Shown here: one piece after another, positions 24,669 to 38,034 of the stretch
Numbering within the stretch: position 1 is the stretch's first letter
How the letters are laid out: the number at the start of each line of letters is the position of its first letter
Source of the DNA: Hydrolagus affinis
Lineage: Eukaryota
Length of the DNA: 64,000 bases
Assembly: GCA_012026655.1 (NCBI GenBank)
Contig: JAAILG010000012.1
Span: forward strand, 1 to 64,000
Direction: 5' to 3'
Position numbers and translations under genes: made by a program
Notes under the pieces: model-generated
Database searches by the model: none
What the model saw: only the letters and a program-made list of their open reading frames with translations
What the model was told of the DNA's origin: nothing

Positions 24669-27600
24669 GGTAAGAACAGGTAAAGTTAAGGTGAATCAGA
24701 CAGGTGGACGAACGCAATAAATTCCAGTATAACGCACGGTTCAAAGAGGTAGTAATGTACAGTTGTGCTGCTAGACTAACATGGACAAAACATTGGGATT
24801 AGTCTCCCAATGGTTAATCACTCAATCACCGTGAGCTGGGTACAGCTAGATACAACAGAGCAAAGCGTACAACATTATTAACAATAATCCTTGTATTTGA
24901 TATGGTGCCTTATCATGGTTGAGATGTCTCAAAGTGCATCGCAGAATAATATTTGTAAAGTGGATTGACTGTTGTATTTTGTGGGTGAATCAATTTAATT
25001 TGATCAATGTTGTGCTGGGTCCTGATCAGATCCTGCTCAAAAGACAGTATAGTATATTCCGTGAAGCGCTTTGAGACTCCAGAAGATGAGAAAAGCGCTA
25101 TATCAAATGCAAGGATTATTATTATTATTACAGTATTATAATTATCATCAATGTGATATTCACAGAAAGATAAAAACTCTCTTTAAAGTGGTCCTGACCT
25201 GTGTTGGTTGGCCTCGTTTAAAGAAGTTAAAACTGTCAAGGGGAAAGGCAGCAAATAAAACCTCAAAAGTGCTGAAACATGCAAATAGCATTGTGAAAGA
25301 GATGAATAGGTTAGCGTTTCGGTGGCGAGCGCTTCATTAGAACTTATATTGGAGCCGTGATCTTTCTGACCAGATAAAGCACCCAGGGCCGCTGTTGCGA
25401 TCAGCAGCTATTCAGAATGCTCCGTCACACAGGCAAGTTTGGTGTGTAATTGCTACATTCCGAGTAGCACTTGCACAAATACACACATCTTTTTCTCTCT
25501 CTCTCTCTCTTTCTCTCGAGCTTCCTTCGGCGAAACAGAGAGTTAATTGAAAGAATATCGAAAGGTCACCTCTACGGTGGGTGAAAGCACTAAGGAGAAC
25601 ATCCACTCTGTCAAAAAGGTCGGATTTAAACTCCTTTCAAAAGAGGATTTTTTTTTTTTTAAGCGCATCTTATCTAACGCATCTGTTGATCTGCAGAAAG
25701 GTCAGACTTGCTGCATGACAAGTCGAGCATGTTGACTCTCCAAAGGAAAATTGCATCTTATTGCTCTTCAGTATATTTCTCTTTAACACTCCTTCATCTC
25801 TGTGATGACCTATTGCACTGCAGTTTATATTTTTCAGTGGTTAGAGCACTCGCCTCACGAGCATGAGACCTGTCTTCGAATCCAAAGAGATGATAAAATA
25901 ATTTGCTGGTTCCAAGGATTATACTTACAGCAACTTTTGCAGGTCTGTGACCGGAGGTGATGATACTGGAGGATGGGGGTGGTGGGGGGTGGGGGAGGGT
26001 GAGAGAAGGAAAAAAACAACTGTATCATTCTTTAACTTCAGTGCTGAGATATTCTGATTTTTTTTCTTCAATATGTGCTATCCAGGGCCTACACTTACTC
26101 TTGTCACTCTCTTATCTGAACACTTTCCAATTGCATCTGTGCCCTGATGCAATTGGGCACAGATGCAATTGGAACAAAACTGTGCAGTCATCGTTGAGAA
26201 GTGGCTTCACAGTGATTTATATAATGACCTGAAGTGAAAATGGTTTTTCGGATAAACCTCGGCCCTGGACTTCCCTTGTGGGTAACTGCTTCACATTGAC
26301 TGAATTCCCACAGGTATGGTCAACAACACTTTATTTTCAAGATTGACTGATCTGGAAGGGTCTATATGATGAACCCGGGTTCCATGTTTTCTGGTCCAAT
26401 ATGCAATCCCAATCATCAAATACAGTCAATTCACTTTGTTATATATTCTGTGAAGAGCTTTGAAATGTCTCAATTACGTGATAAGGAGCTATATCAAAAG
26501 CAAGGATGATTATTAGATAGAAACCTCACTTGCTGCTCCTTCACCTATCATCTAATTTGTATCAACTTTCCTTCTAATTGCCCATTGTCTGTGTATACTA
26601 TAAGTAACCCCCTACTTGTTATCATTCACAAGAAATGTGAACCAAAGGGGATTTAGAACAGATCTCTGCAGATGTCCTACAGATCTCCCAGGCATATCAA
26701 GGATGTACTATATTCATAAAAAGGAACCAATCTGTGGGAAATTGATCCTAGGCGTCATAGTTGGTAAGTTTGTTGGGGAACATTTTCTACTTTAAACCAA
26801 AGGCAGAGGAATTATGTGCAATGCAACTGTTTGGTAAACTCTCAACCATAATCTCCTAGGATTATAACTATGAAAGATACTTTTGCCCTGTCAATTCCTG
26901 GCCCATTACAGTTTGCGTTTTCACCAACACAGCCATTTCTTTCACAAAATGTAAACCCCTTCAAATGTTTATTTTATGTTGGCTTCTTAAATTGCAAAAG
27001 ATTGATTCAAGGATAGTGTTTTATTTCCAGCTGCATAGAATCAAGGCAATATAATGGATCAACCCAAACAGCATGCTGTCAATTTAATAAAAGGTTTAAA
27101 TAAATTCCTGTTTTTTAACTTCAGTTTACAACCAGTCTTAATTCACAATTGATAGTTTTTGTATGAGAAAGTTTGCAATTGTTAATATTTAGTAGAATTT
27201 AGGTTTTCCTCGTAGTTATAAATAACCATCTTACAAAAGCAGTCTCTATTGTTACTGTTACATTTACAGTAGGAATAGCAGGTTGAAATGAGTTTTCTCT
27301 GTGCTGGGGATTAATCTTCATTATAGAAGAATAATCCTTGGGGATTAATTAGACCAGAGTCATGACAAATCAGATTAATCGCAGATAAAACAGCCAAAGA
27401 CATTATTCATCATTCTGCTACACTTAAACCAAATGAAATGTGTCCTTTGCCAAATTCATTCTATAAAGTGTGGAGGGGACGAACTAAATGAAAGACAAAG
27501 ACATTGAAATTCAATTGAAGATCTCTGTATAACTGGTTTTAAATACCTCCATGAAAATAGCCTAAACATAAAAAAATTGATCAGAAATTAATGAGATTAA

Positions 27601-29261
27601 AATCATTAAATATACTTCCTTTAAGCTCTGTAAAGATCATCTGGCAATTGGAATGGTGCTGGAAGAGAATGGTGCTGTGCTTAGATTGGAAATCAGATCA
27701 AACACTTAGGTCTAATACTCACATAACACAGAACTTGTAATTTTACTAAAATTAGGCTGGAGAGGCAACAGGATTTCGGGCACTTAAAATCCCGGAGTCA
27801 AAATATTTCAAGAAAGTTTGTAAAAACTTTTAATTGGTTGTCTTGCCCACTGAAATTGTTTTATGGAATATCCTCTACTAAGGTTGCATTTATTGTAGAA
27901 CATCACTGATGAGGAGTCGTTTTGTTATTAGTTTAGGTCATTAGAAATGATTGCTTTTATACAATGGGGGAAAAAAATGCATATAATAGTAGCTTTCCTC
28001 AAGAGATGTACAGCAATTGTCTTTTTTTTTGCACAAATATAAATAACATTCCAAATTGTTCAACTATTTCTCATTGCCCACCCACATTATCGATTGTTCG
28101 TGCAGCAGGTAAGAATTTAGTGGGCCAATTATACACGAGAGGAATATATCTATACATTATAGAGACACATTTTGCAAACTGCAGGGTTTTTAGTTTGTTA
28201 ACGTTCCTTGACGTTTAGCTACTTTCTGATTGATGCACTTGAACCACTAAATAACTGTCACATTTCCATTGCAACTCATTGCTTTCTTCCAGTTTGTGGA
28301 GGAATTTTGTTTTTCCAGAGAATCAGCCTTGGCATTGAAATGGAAGAGTGATGCTTGCAAATAGACTGTAGCATAAATCTTTCATAGATGTTTTAGAGTT
28401 TCTATGAAAGTGGAATTGTGTTGTGCTTCAATTAGTCTTAGCCACCTGTTGAAATATATGTATCTAAATGGTACTAAACTGCAGAGATAAGGGGACTAGG
28501 ACCTGGGTTGAAATGGCCCATATTGATGCTACTAAAATTCTTAGCTGGTGGACAGAAACAATTTGCATCCAATCAGCAGATTTAAATTATCTGGAGGACA
28601 TTGCTGTTTTGGGACATTGCTGTGCACATATTGGTTCCTGTGTTCGGAGTCGTTACACTTCACAGTAAATCTTGTGAGGGGTTGTAACATCTTTCGATGG
28701 TGTGGTCCGTTGCTACATAAAATATCTAGGATTATTATAATTACATGTGTAATTGTAAATGCATAAATACTTTGATTATTTTTTTTAAAAAGCTTCGAGC
28801 AGCTGAATTTACAATAGATGTCAACTGTTGACAAAATGCAGATATTACATATTATCTTATCCCACAAATTTTAATTCTCATTGCTGAAGCTGACCTGACA
28901 GCAACACTGTTTTGAGTGAGTTGTGGTTTATAGCTTCGGTAGGAGATAAAATGTACTCACAGGAGTTTATGAGGTTCTGTGTTCTGTTGAGAGGTTACAT
29001 AAAAGTTATGATTCTATGAAGTAAAGTGTGTTTAATGACCACACACAAAAGAGGACTTTAATCGTGAGCTTAGACTGCCGGAGGGAAAGCCATCAACATT
29101 CAGCAATTAATCACTCTTCATAATAAATAGTCAGGATGGACAAAATATGAGACAGGAATTCCCCCCACTTAAAAAAAACGGCGGTGATTCCTCGTTTAAT
29201 TTTGCTTAGTAAACGTTCATTGTTGAACTATAATTTTAAAGAAGTCTGTGAACAATCTTCG

Positions 29262-29537
29262 AAACATCTCAAAGCACTTCACAGAATATACTGTAAAGTG
29301 AATTGACTGTATATTTGTGGGCGAAACACGGCAGACAATTGCACACAGCAGTGTCCCACAAACAGTCATGGATTGAAATGACCAATTTTATTATTGTGTT
29401 TTTTGTGGAGGGATTATTATTGGGCGTGTGGAGTGAAGAAAACTTGCCCAAGGTTTCGCCCTGACCTGGCTGGATTCGAACCTGGTTCTCTTGTTTGTAA
29501 AATGAGTGCTCTAACCACTGAGCTACAGGAGCTCCAC
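29262..29537 (-). mobile_element. SINE (tail trimmed)
   Basis: Matches the family consensus. Confidence 0.9.
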
Positions 29538-29669
29538 AAATGGTGCCAATCTGCTGAGGATCAATGAAATCAACACACGTTGTTAACATGCACCTGAAAA
29601 CTGTTTGTTTGTGATGGATATCCATTGAAAATCGCTGGACCTGGATCCCGGGGTTGAATTTTAAACTAC

Positions 29670-29993
29670 GTGGAGTCCTGCAGCTCAGTGGTTAGAGCAC
29701 TCGCCCTACAAATGTGAGATCTGTGTTTTGACTCCAAGCAGGTCAGGGTGAAACCTTGGACAAGTTTCTTTACTCCACACGCCTAATAATAATCCGTCCT
29801 AAAGAAACCTGTAATAAAATTGGTCATTTCAATCCATGACTGTTTGTGGGACGCTGCTGTGCGCAATTGGCTGCTGCGTTTTGCCCACAAATATACAGTC
29901 AATTCACTTTACAGTATATTCTGTGAAGGGCTTCGAGAAGTCTAGAAGACATGAAAAACGCTAAATTAAAACGCAAGGATTATATTATTATTA
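29670..29993 (+). mobile_element. Full-length SINE, head-to-head with the previous copy
   Basis: GTGGAGTCCTGCAGCTCAGTGGTTAGAGC through to GCAAGGATTATATTATT. Confidence 0.9.
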
Positions 29994-30427
29994 CACGTAA
30001 AGAAGAGGAGATAAATGCTGCACATTTCCTGAGTAGCTCTGCAAACACAATGTCAGGAAGCTGTCAGAATTGACACAATCTTTGATGGCAAACGCTAAGT
30101 GCTTGGTTTGCTATTTCAAAATGTGCGCTTGTATGATTCAGAATGCTGCCTGATTCGAAAGTTTAGAAGCCGATGAATGATAATCATACCACAATTTTAA
30201 AATCTAAATTATTCGCTGTAAATAATAAACACAGAAGACGTGAGTCGGAGCCTTATTCTGCTATGAAGGATGATTTGTTTTAGTTGCATTAATCATCAGT
30301 TGCTAAATGGTATCCAAACTTGGTCGAATTTAGAATTTTATTATCGTGTGAGGCATTTTCTTCATTTGACATTCACATTAGGAAAGTAAAGGCTGCAATT
30401 CAGGCTGGATTACATTGTGTTCAGGAG

Positions 30428-30721
30428 ATAATAATAATACTAATCATAATCTTTGCATTTGATATAGAATATACTGTAAAGTGAATTGACTGTATATTTG
30501 TGGACTGAAGGCGGCAGCCAATTGCGCACAGCAGTGTCCCACAAACAGTCGTGGATTGAAATGACAAATTGTATTACTGTATAGTATTGTGTTTTTTTTT
30601 GTTGAGGGATTATTATTAGGTGTGTGGAGTAAGGAAACTTGCCCAAGGTTTCACCCTGACCTTTCCTGGATTTGACCACAGGTTGTAAGGTGAGTGCTCT
30701 AACCACTGAGCTACAGGACTC
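30428..30721 (-). mobile_element. SINE with deletions
   Basis: Matches the family consensus. Confidence 0.85.
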
Positions 30722-31119
30722 TGAGATGGATAAAGATGAAGGTTCATAGGAGAGACCAGATTCCTCTCTGCGATTGGGGGGTGGGGGAGAGTGGTGGGAT
30801 GTTACTCATTCGGAGATGAAAACCATTGCTGTGCCAGTTAATCAATGTAAGCCTAGGTCAGCAACATCAACCTCTCCAACTGAATTATCATGTGTTTATG
30901 TACCACAGCAATTGCTGTCTGGGTCAATTTTAAAGTGATGATATGAAATAACTATTCTAGATGGATGAATACTTGGCTGAGTTTGACTTCAATGGCCTTC
31001 ACTGTTCTATTGCTGCATTCAATGGGAAGCAATTATTGTTTTCTCTATGATGGTTAATATATACATTTAGAATGAATAAACATGTTATACTAGTCAATCA
31101 GTCAATTGCTTGGATGTCC

Positions 31120-31427
31120 TGGAGTCCTGTAGCTCAGTGGTTAGAGCACGCGCCTCGCAAGCACGAGACCTGTGTTCAATTCCAGGAGAGCAAAACCTTG
31201 GGCAAGTTTCCTTACTCCACATGCCTGATAACAATGCCTTGAAAAAACCAAAAAAACAAATTGGTCATTTCAATCCACGGCTGTTTGTGAGACACTGCTA
31301 TGCACACTTGGCTGCCGCATTCAGCCATAAATATACAGTCAATTCACTTTACAATCTATTCTGTGATGTGCTTTGACATGTCTAGAACACGTGATAAATG
31401 CTATATCAAATGCAAGGGTTATTATTG
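31120..31427 (+). mobile_element. Full-length SINE
   Basis: Matches the family consensus. Confidence 0.9.
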
Positions 31428-31658
31428 TTTATGTCTTGTGCTCCAATGTCTGATGCTTTTATTTTGCTATATTGGTACAGTTTGCTGGTTTCACCTGTGT
31501 TTCTGTTGGCATTGGATGTACTTGGCTTCACCATGAGATCGTGTGAGAGTTTAATTTCATAGAAATGTATGGTTGATCCAATCTGAAAAGAAGGCAAATG
31601 GGAAGGAAGATAGTGAACATAATGATAAGGTTATTCAGCAAAAAAAAACCTGCTATCT

Positions 31659-31981
31659 AATAATAATCCTCCTTGGACTTGATATAGTGCTTTTCACGTC
31701 TTCTAAACATCTCAAAACGCTTCACAGAATATACTGTAAGATGAATTGGCTGTATACTTGTGGGTGAAACGCAGCAACCAATTGCACACAGCAGTGTCCC
31801 CATAACCAGTCATGGATTGATATGACCAATTTTGTTATTGTGGTTTTTTTGGAGGGTTATTATTAGGCGTGTATGTGGAGTAAGGAAACTTGCCCAAGGT
31901 TTCGCCCTGACCTGCCTGGATTCGAACGCAGGTCTCACGCTTGCAAGGTGAGTGCTCTAACCACTGAGCTACAGGATCCAC
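31659..31981 (-). mobile_element. Full-length SINE, tail-to-tail with the previous copy
   Basis: Matches the family consensus. Confidence 0.9.
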
Positions 31982-33652
31982 AAGAAATGTAATCCTCTCG
32001 ATTTGCTTCCTGTATTTTTGTATTTTTTTAATTAAACTGTTTTGCAAGTTTAATAAATAATCCATTCCAATTTGGTCCAAAATTGCTGCTGCACTTGCTT
32101 CCAGTGCTTGATAAGCAATCTGTGGTTGTGGCTACTTTGTGCAGCAAGCAGAACCAATTGAGATAAGCGCCAACAAACAGAGAACATTGAATTTGCTGAT
32201 TGTTGACAAATTTGCATGAACAACAATGAGCAAGATTCAATATTAGTTCCTTCAGCTATGATTAAAATAATTTGCCCGGATGCTCATTCAAAATCTATTC
32301 TCAGATTGTTAGAAATAGGTTCATTAACAAGTAGCTGAATTCCAACTTGTTGAAATCACTTGTTCGATTGAAGGACTACGTCGAGTCGTGGATTGTAAAA
32401 TGTACAGAAAGGTAAAATAGATTTGCGTTGATTTTAATGCAATATGCACATTCTGTGCTCCCACTGCTTCCACATTAACTTCAAATGAATTGGAAATCAG
32501 TGGTGTGAGAAGTGGTCTTTAACTTCTTAGCATTTTCCATTTTCTGTTGATTTTGTTTTCTATTTATAGATGGTGATAATTAGGTAATTAATAGAATGCA
32601 TTCGCTACACTGCACGAACCACACGCAATATTGACCACAGGAGTGTACCGTCTTAACATTAACAATTGCATGTTTTGTTTCAAAATACTTTAGGACAAAG
32701 ATTAATCTTAGTTGCTGGGTAATTTTAATGCAGGTTACTGTTCCATTTCCTGATCTAATTATGGAACGATATCCCCAAATTGTATGTTTAATTCTCCTTA
32801 AGTACTCTTATAGTTTCATTGTATCCCCCATGTTTGTGATAATCTGTTAAGAGAGCTACATGTGTTAAATTGAAATATTAATGGTTTTGAAAGCCTACTA
32901 GGAAGGAATTACGGGGAATAGTAACTTAGGATGTGTTATCACTAGTGAAAATATTTAATAATAATAACAATCCTTCCATTCTTCTTCTGCATGTACACAG
33001 ACACAAAGAAAACAGAAATACAGACTAATAAGGCCTCAAACCTACCGAGTCCTCTATAGCACTGTCATTCAGTGTGACCTTCTAAATATCAAAGTGCTTT
33101 TAATGTTAACACAGTGATTACCATAAATTGTTTGAATGGGGTGTCAGAAACAGAGCTCCGATATTCAATCGGATGCCTATTTTGTTTGAACAGCCTTAGA
33201 TCAGCTTAATCTCCAGATTTTCTGCCACTAAAATATGAGTGAACTATTTGTTATTGTGGATTGATGGAAAAGAGAAGGATAACCGGGTGAAATTGCCTAT
33301 AAGCACAGGATGCGCTGACCTAATGTTTTGTGTAGTTGGCTGTTCGAGGTGGTGAAGGGAATCTTTTGCTTTATTGGCTATAGTCGAGTCATGTCAACTA
33401 AACACTTGTCCCTTTGGCTAATGGAGATTTGGAGTTTGGAAGTAATAACAGCTTTGAGCTGAGAATGTTTATTCTTCGAGATCTTTACTATAATAATCCT
33501 TGCATTTGATATTTTTTTAAAGTTGTAAATGATTGTCTGCTTTTCAATTCCATCACAAATGTAAGACAAGTAAATAAGTTTGCGAAACGTACAAATGTTT
33601 TGCAGAGAAATGCCCTAAATGGTTCAACCTTAAGCTGTGCATGATACAACAA

Positions 33653-33861
33653 TGGAGTCCTGTAGTTCAGTGATTAGAGCACTTTCCTAAAAAGTGTGAG
33701 ACCTGTGTTCGAATCCAGGCAGGTCAGGGCAAAACAGTGGGCAAGTTTCCTTACTCCACACACCTAATAATAATCCCCCCAATTTTTTTTTAAACAAATT
33801 GGTCATTTCAATCCACGACTGTTTGTTGGCTGCCGTATTTTGCCCACAGGTATACAGTCAA
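33653..33861 (+). mobile_element. SINE lacking its 3' tail
   Basis: Head and body match the consensus. Confidence 0.85.
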
Positions 33862-34866
33862 ACTGACATATGTAGCTCTCTTAACGGCGTTTGATGTTTT
33901 CAATAAGAAACTGTTTGGATATTGTTTGTGCCCGCCACCCCCCTCCCCCCCTCCATCCCCACTCCATCAAAGTGAATCTTTTTTTTAAGGCAGCATCAAT
34001 CTTGCTTTGAAGACACAATCACAACACACAATTACACACAAGATTGAACACAAAACAAATCATTTCAGTGGGTCAGTGGTTTTAATTAACAGTATCTTTA
34101 ATAACATTGCAACAAAATATTTTTCAATTAATGACACTAATCGGCAGTCATTTGGACAAATGATTCATTGGCTGTATTTTATCCTTAAGACATACACCTG
34201 TGCGTATGGTAAATTGGTAACCTGTACAAGGTAGAGTAAAGGACATACAATATTAACTTGATGGGGTTTTTGTTCTCTATGTTCAAGCCGTGCGTATATT
34301 GTAAAGTCTCAGGGGATGATTAATGTGAAATGGAAAAATAGAATAAGCCTGGAATAACAGAACTGCAAATTGGAATTTGATGATACATCTCGGGTCAAGC
34401 TAGAGAAAAAACAATTGCTTACCACCAGGGGCTTTGCTTCAATTGGCTGATACGATCTTATCGTGAAAACACCATCCACACATTGGAACTGTATGCAAAG
34501 CATGCTTCCCTGTACTGGCTTCCTATGATTTCCTCCTGTAGTAACTCTTACCCTGCTACACATAAGGTTCTGTTTTGTAAATGTGTCTTTTACACCCCTG
34601 CATTGCCAATTACCTTCAACACCGTGAGCAGTGAGACATTGACAGATGCATTTGAAGGTGTTAAAATCTCACGCTCAAAATGTTATCGAGGAATTTATAA
34701 TGGCAATGCAGTATAAGGCAGCTTTCTGAGGTTTCAGTAAAAAAAACTTGCAACATGTAAAATACCTCCTGCTTTACAGCGGTGGGGATTGACATTGATT
34801 TAAAAATGTCTGGATTATTATAATTGTTTGCTACTACCACTTCATCCAGAGTCACACATCAGGACC

Positions 34867-35080
34867 GTGGAGTCCTGTAGCTCATTGGTTAGAGCATTCG
34901 CCTTGCAAGCATGAGACCTGTGTTTGAATCCAGGCAGGTCAGGGCGAAACTTTGAGCAAGTTTCCTTACTCCACCCGCTTAATAATAATCCCTCCCCCCC
35001 AAAAATGATAAAAATTGGTCATTTCAATCCATGACTATGTTGGACACTGCTGTGTGCAGTTGGCTGCCGCATTTCACCCA
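34867..35080 (+). mobile_element. SINE lacking its 3' tail
   Basis: Head and body match the consensus. Confidence 0.85.
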
Positions 35081-36454
35081 GAAATTTAGGAGTAGGGTAC
35101 ATGTTATTCATGTATTTCATTCAAGTTGTTCTTGGAGTTCTTGTAGCAAAGACATTTCATTAATTAATTTAATTGTTCTGGTAGTTTAACTCTAAGACTT
35201 GCTAAGCTTTTTGGTACGGTGCCAAATTTCCGATTTGTATCTCTTCCCTTCATCCTTACTTTTCTACCATCCTCTTGGGGGTGAATTTTTAGTTTTCCTA
35301 TTTCCTTTTGAAATTCTCTTTCTGATCCATTGATCCGCCTGGTTTATTTTACTGTACGAACAGTAATTTATTGCTTCCTTGTGAATTCCATCTCCTTCCT
35401 TTTCTCACCCTTTGACAAGCTTTCTGTTTGTTAAGAGTCTGTCTAGCTCAAACTCCAAAGGTCTTACTCCAGTTTTATTAATCTTATACCAAATCTATAT
35501 TTGTCAACTTGTACCAACATTCATCCCTCTTCCTCGTTCCCAGCTCCCTGGGATCTCTTTCTGATGTGAGGTGCGCTAAACAAGTATAATTTGTTGTTGT
35601 TGTTGGTCTACCTGCCACCCATTTCTCCAATGTCCCAATGCTTTGGTAACCTCATACTATGATGCTAGCACAAAGCAACGTGCTAACTACTTTATACAAA
35701 GGGTCGCATATGATGGACAGCTTTCAGCAGCATTAATTTAGATTTTCGAAAGCCCTTGATGTCAGATTGTGTTTTCCGCAGATTCCTGTTGATCCCTCTC
35801 TCCTTTCAGCTTTTATATTGCAGGAACCGTAAAATTAGGTCCACCTGTCAATTATCCGCAAGGAGCTCGCAAACCGTGAGATCTATCACCAAACTGGAGC
35901 AAATATTACCCGATTGTAAATTAATTAGAAAGTTAAAAAAAATGTGAAACTTTGAATTGTTCTGCTGATTCTAGCACAGTGAATGCATTCATATGCTAAA
36001 TTGATTATTTTCCTTTTTGTGGGGTGGTGAAATGGGTGCAATCAGCACGTGACTCGGCAACTCCACACAAAAATGAAAAGGCTTGAAAAGTAGACGCTCA
36101 TCTGCCGACAGCAGCATCGTCCCATGCTTTTGTCTCTGAGTCACAAACAGCAAACCACAAAGAGGTGCTGTGCCTACCAATGCCATCTGATCCCATCTAC
36201 ACATCAGAATTACTTACGAAGGCCGGAATTTGGGCGACTTTGGACGACTTTCAAACAAACTGTGAAAGGAGAAGGTGAAAAGCTGCATTCCTCAAAAGGG
36301 AATATTCTCTGTTTGTGTGGATGGTACTGTACCTAACTCCAGGCACAGCCTGTCGTGTGATCCTATCCAACACTGCATTTCACAATGCACAACATGAAAG
36401 GAGTCAGACCAACAATGATTGGTATTTTATTACGATAAAAATGAATAGCAACCC

Positions 36455-36848
36455 GCACGCTTAATATAGCACGCATTTGTGTCATTGTGATGCCTCAAAG
36501 TGCTTCACAGAATTCACTATGAAATGTAGTAACTATGTATTCAGAGGTGAACGCGGCAGCTAATTTGTGCAGAGCAATGAAGTGTCCCACAGGCGTGAGG
36601 GGATTGACCAGTTTTATTCAGGGCATTGTTGACCAGAATACAGGAGAAACTCTCTTTTTGTTTTGAATGGTGCTGTGGTATCTTTGATGCCTAGCTGAGT
36701 AGGCAGAGGGAACCTCTGTTTAATATCTTGCCTCTAACAATAAGCCACTCCCCAGCGATGTGTTGCAGAGACACTGTTTAGGTACGTGAAGTCACAATCT
36801 TCTGACTCTGAGGCGAGAGTGCTACCAACTGAGCCAAGCTGACACCTA
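36455..36848 (-). mobile_element. Older, longer DeuSINE (SacSINE1/AmnSINE1-type body) with a different tRNA-like head
   Basis: Plus strand shows TTCTGACTCTGAGGCGAGAGTGCTACCAACTGAGCCAAGCTGACA (head), GGCAGAGGGAACCTCTGTTTAATATCT and CAGGAGAAACTC...GAATGGTGCTGTGGTATCTT (Deu-like body), plus the shared AACGCGGCAGC and CTCAAAGTGCTTCACAG 3' part. Confidence 0.7.
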
Positions 36849-36906
36849 CTACTTGTACATGAGGGTATAAATCTATTGTTTTTCCAAAGCCTTATATGAA
36901 TTGCAT

Positions 36907-37195
36907 TATAATAATAATCCTTGCATTTGATGTAGCGCTTTTCACGCCGTCTAGACGTCTCGAGGCACTTCACAGAATATAATGTAAAGTGAATTGACTG
37001 AATATTTGTGGGTGAAATGCAGCAGCCAATTGTGCACAGCAGCATCCTACAAACAGTCGTGGGTTGAAATGACCAATTTTTTTGGAGGGATTGTTATCAG
37101 GGCTTGTGGAGGAAGGAAACTTGCCCAAGGATTCACCCTGCTTGGAACTGAACCTAGGTCTCTCTGTATGGTGAGTGTTCTGACCACTGAGCCAC
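36907..37195 (-). mobile_element. Full-length SINE
   Basis: Matches the family consensus. Confidence 0.88.
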
Positions 37196-38034
37196 GTTGC
37201 AATGTGCATTTCAGCTCTGGACATCTGATATTTCAATGAATTATCCAATGATGAGATGATCAACTATGGTACAGGGTTATTTCAGATACTTTTCCAGCTA
37301 TGAAAGTTGATTGTATTTTTGAAGTGCAACGTGAATCCTAGTAATGTTTCTGCATATAAATATGTATTTATCCCTTGTTTCAATGTGGAAGAAATTTCAA
37401 TTAAAAATACTTTTTCAAATAAATGATTTCTATGATAAGTAATTGGGTAGCATGGGACAATTAGTGACTGTCAGTATCAATACAACTAACACTCTCTTTG
37501 TGAGGAAATAGAATCACAAGTTATTCCATTCATTATTTCCTTTTAAAGCAATTTTTCTGACTGGGTAATTGTGTTAAAATACGTAGATCTATTTTCGGTT
37601 AAGGTGGGATTTCTTTGAAACATTTTAGGATTACATTTCTTTCAAGAAGGAAAGAAAGTTACAGTCTCTTATTAGTAGGTTTAATAGAACAATTACCGGT
37701 ACTTGCTTCACAAAACAGTCTTGTTCAAAGAAGAAAATGTCATTAACCCAACATGTTGCACTAACTTAAAATAATAGCTTGACAACATTTGTGAGCGCTA
37801 AGCAATGTCCTTAAAATCCTTGCGTGGTTTAATTCCAAATTGTACCTCTGAAAACTTCAAGTTTAATTATTGAATGACTATAATGGGAAGTGCCTACAGT
37901 GAAATGGAAGGATTTATTTTTAAAACAACAACCATTTTCCATTTATATAGCGCTAATTATGTCACTTGTGTCCAAATGATTCATACAACTGGAAGCCTTG
38001 GAAGGGAGTGAACTGCAAGCCCCGTTAAAAGATG

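Noticed and set aside
27906-27940. Other CTGATGA matches (here, ~54365, and minus strand ~39745-39768) as hammerheads
   Set aside because: No paired stem II with a correctly placed GAAA; a 7-mer is expected several times by chance in 64 kb.
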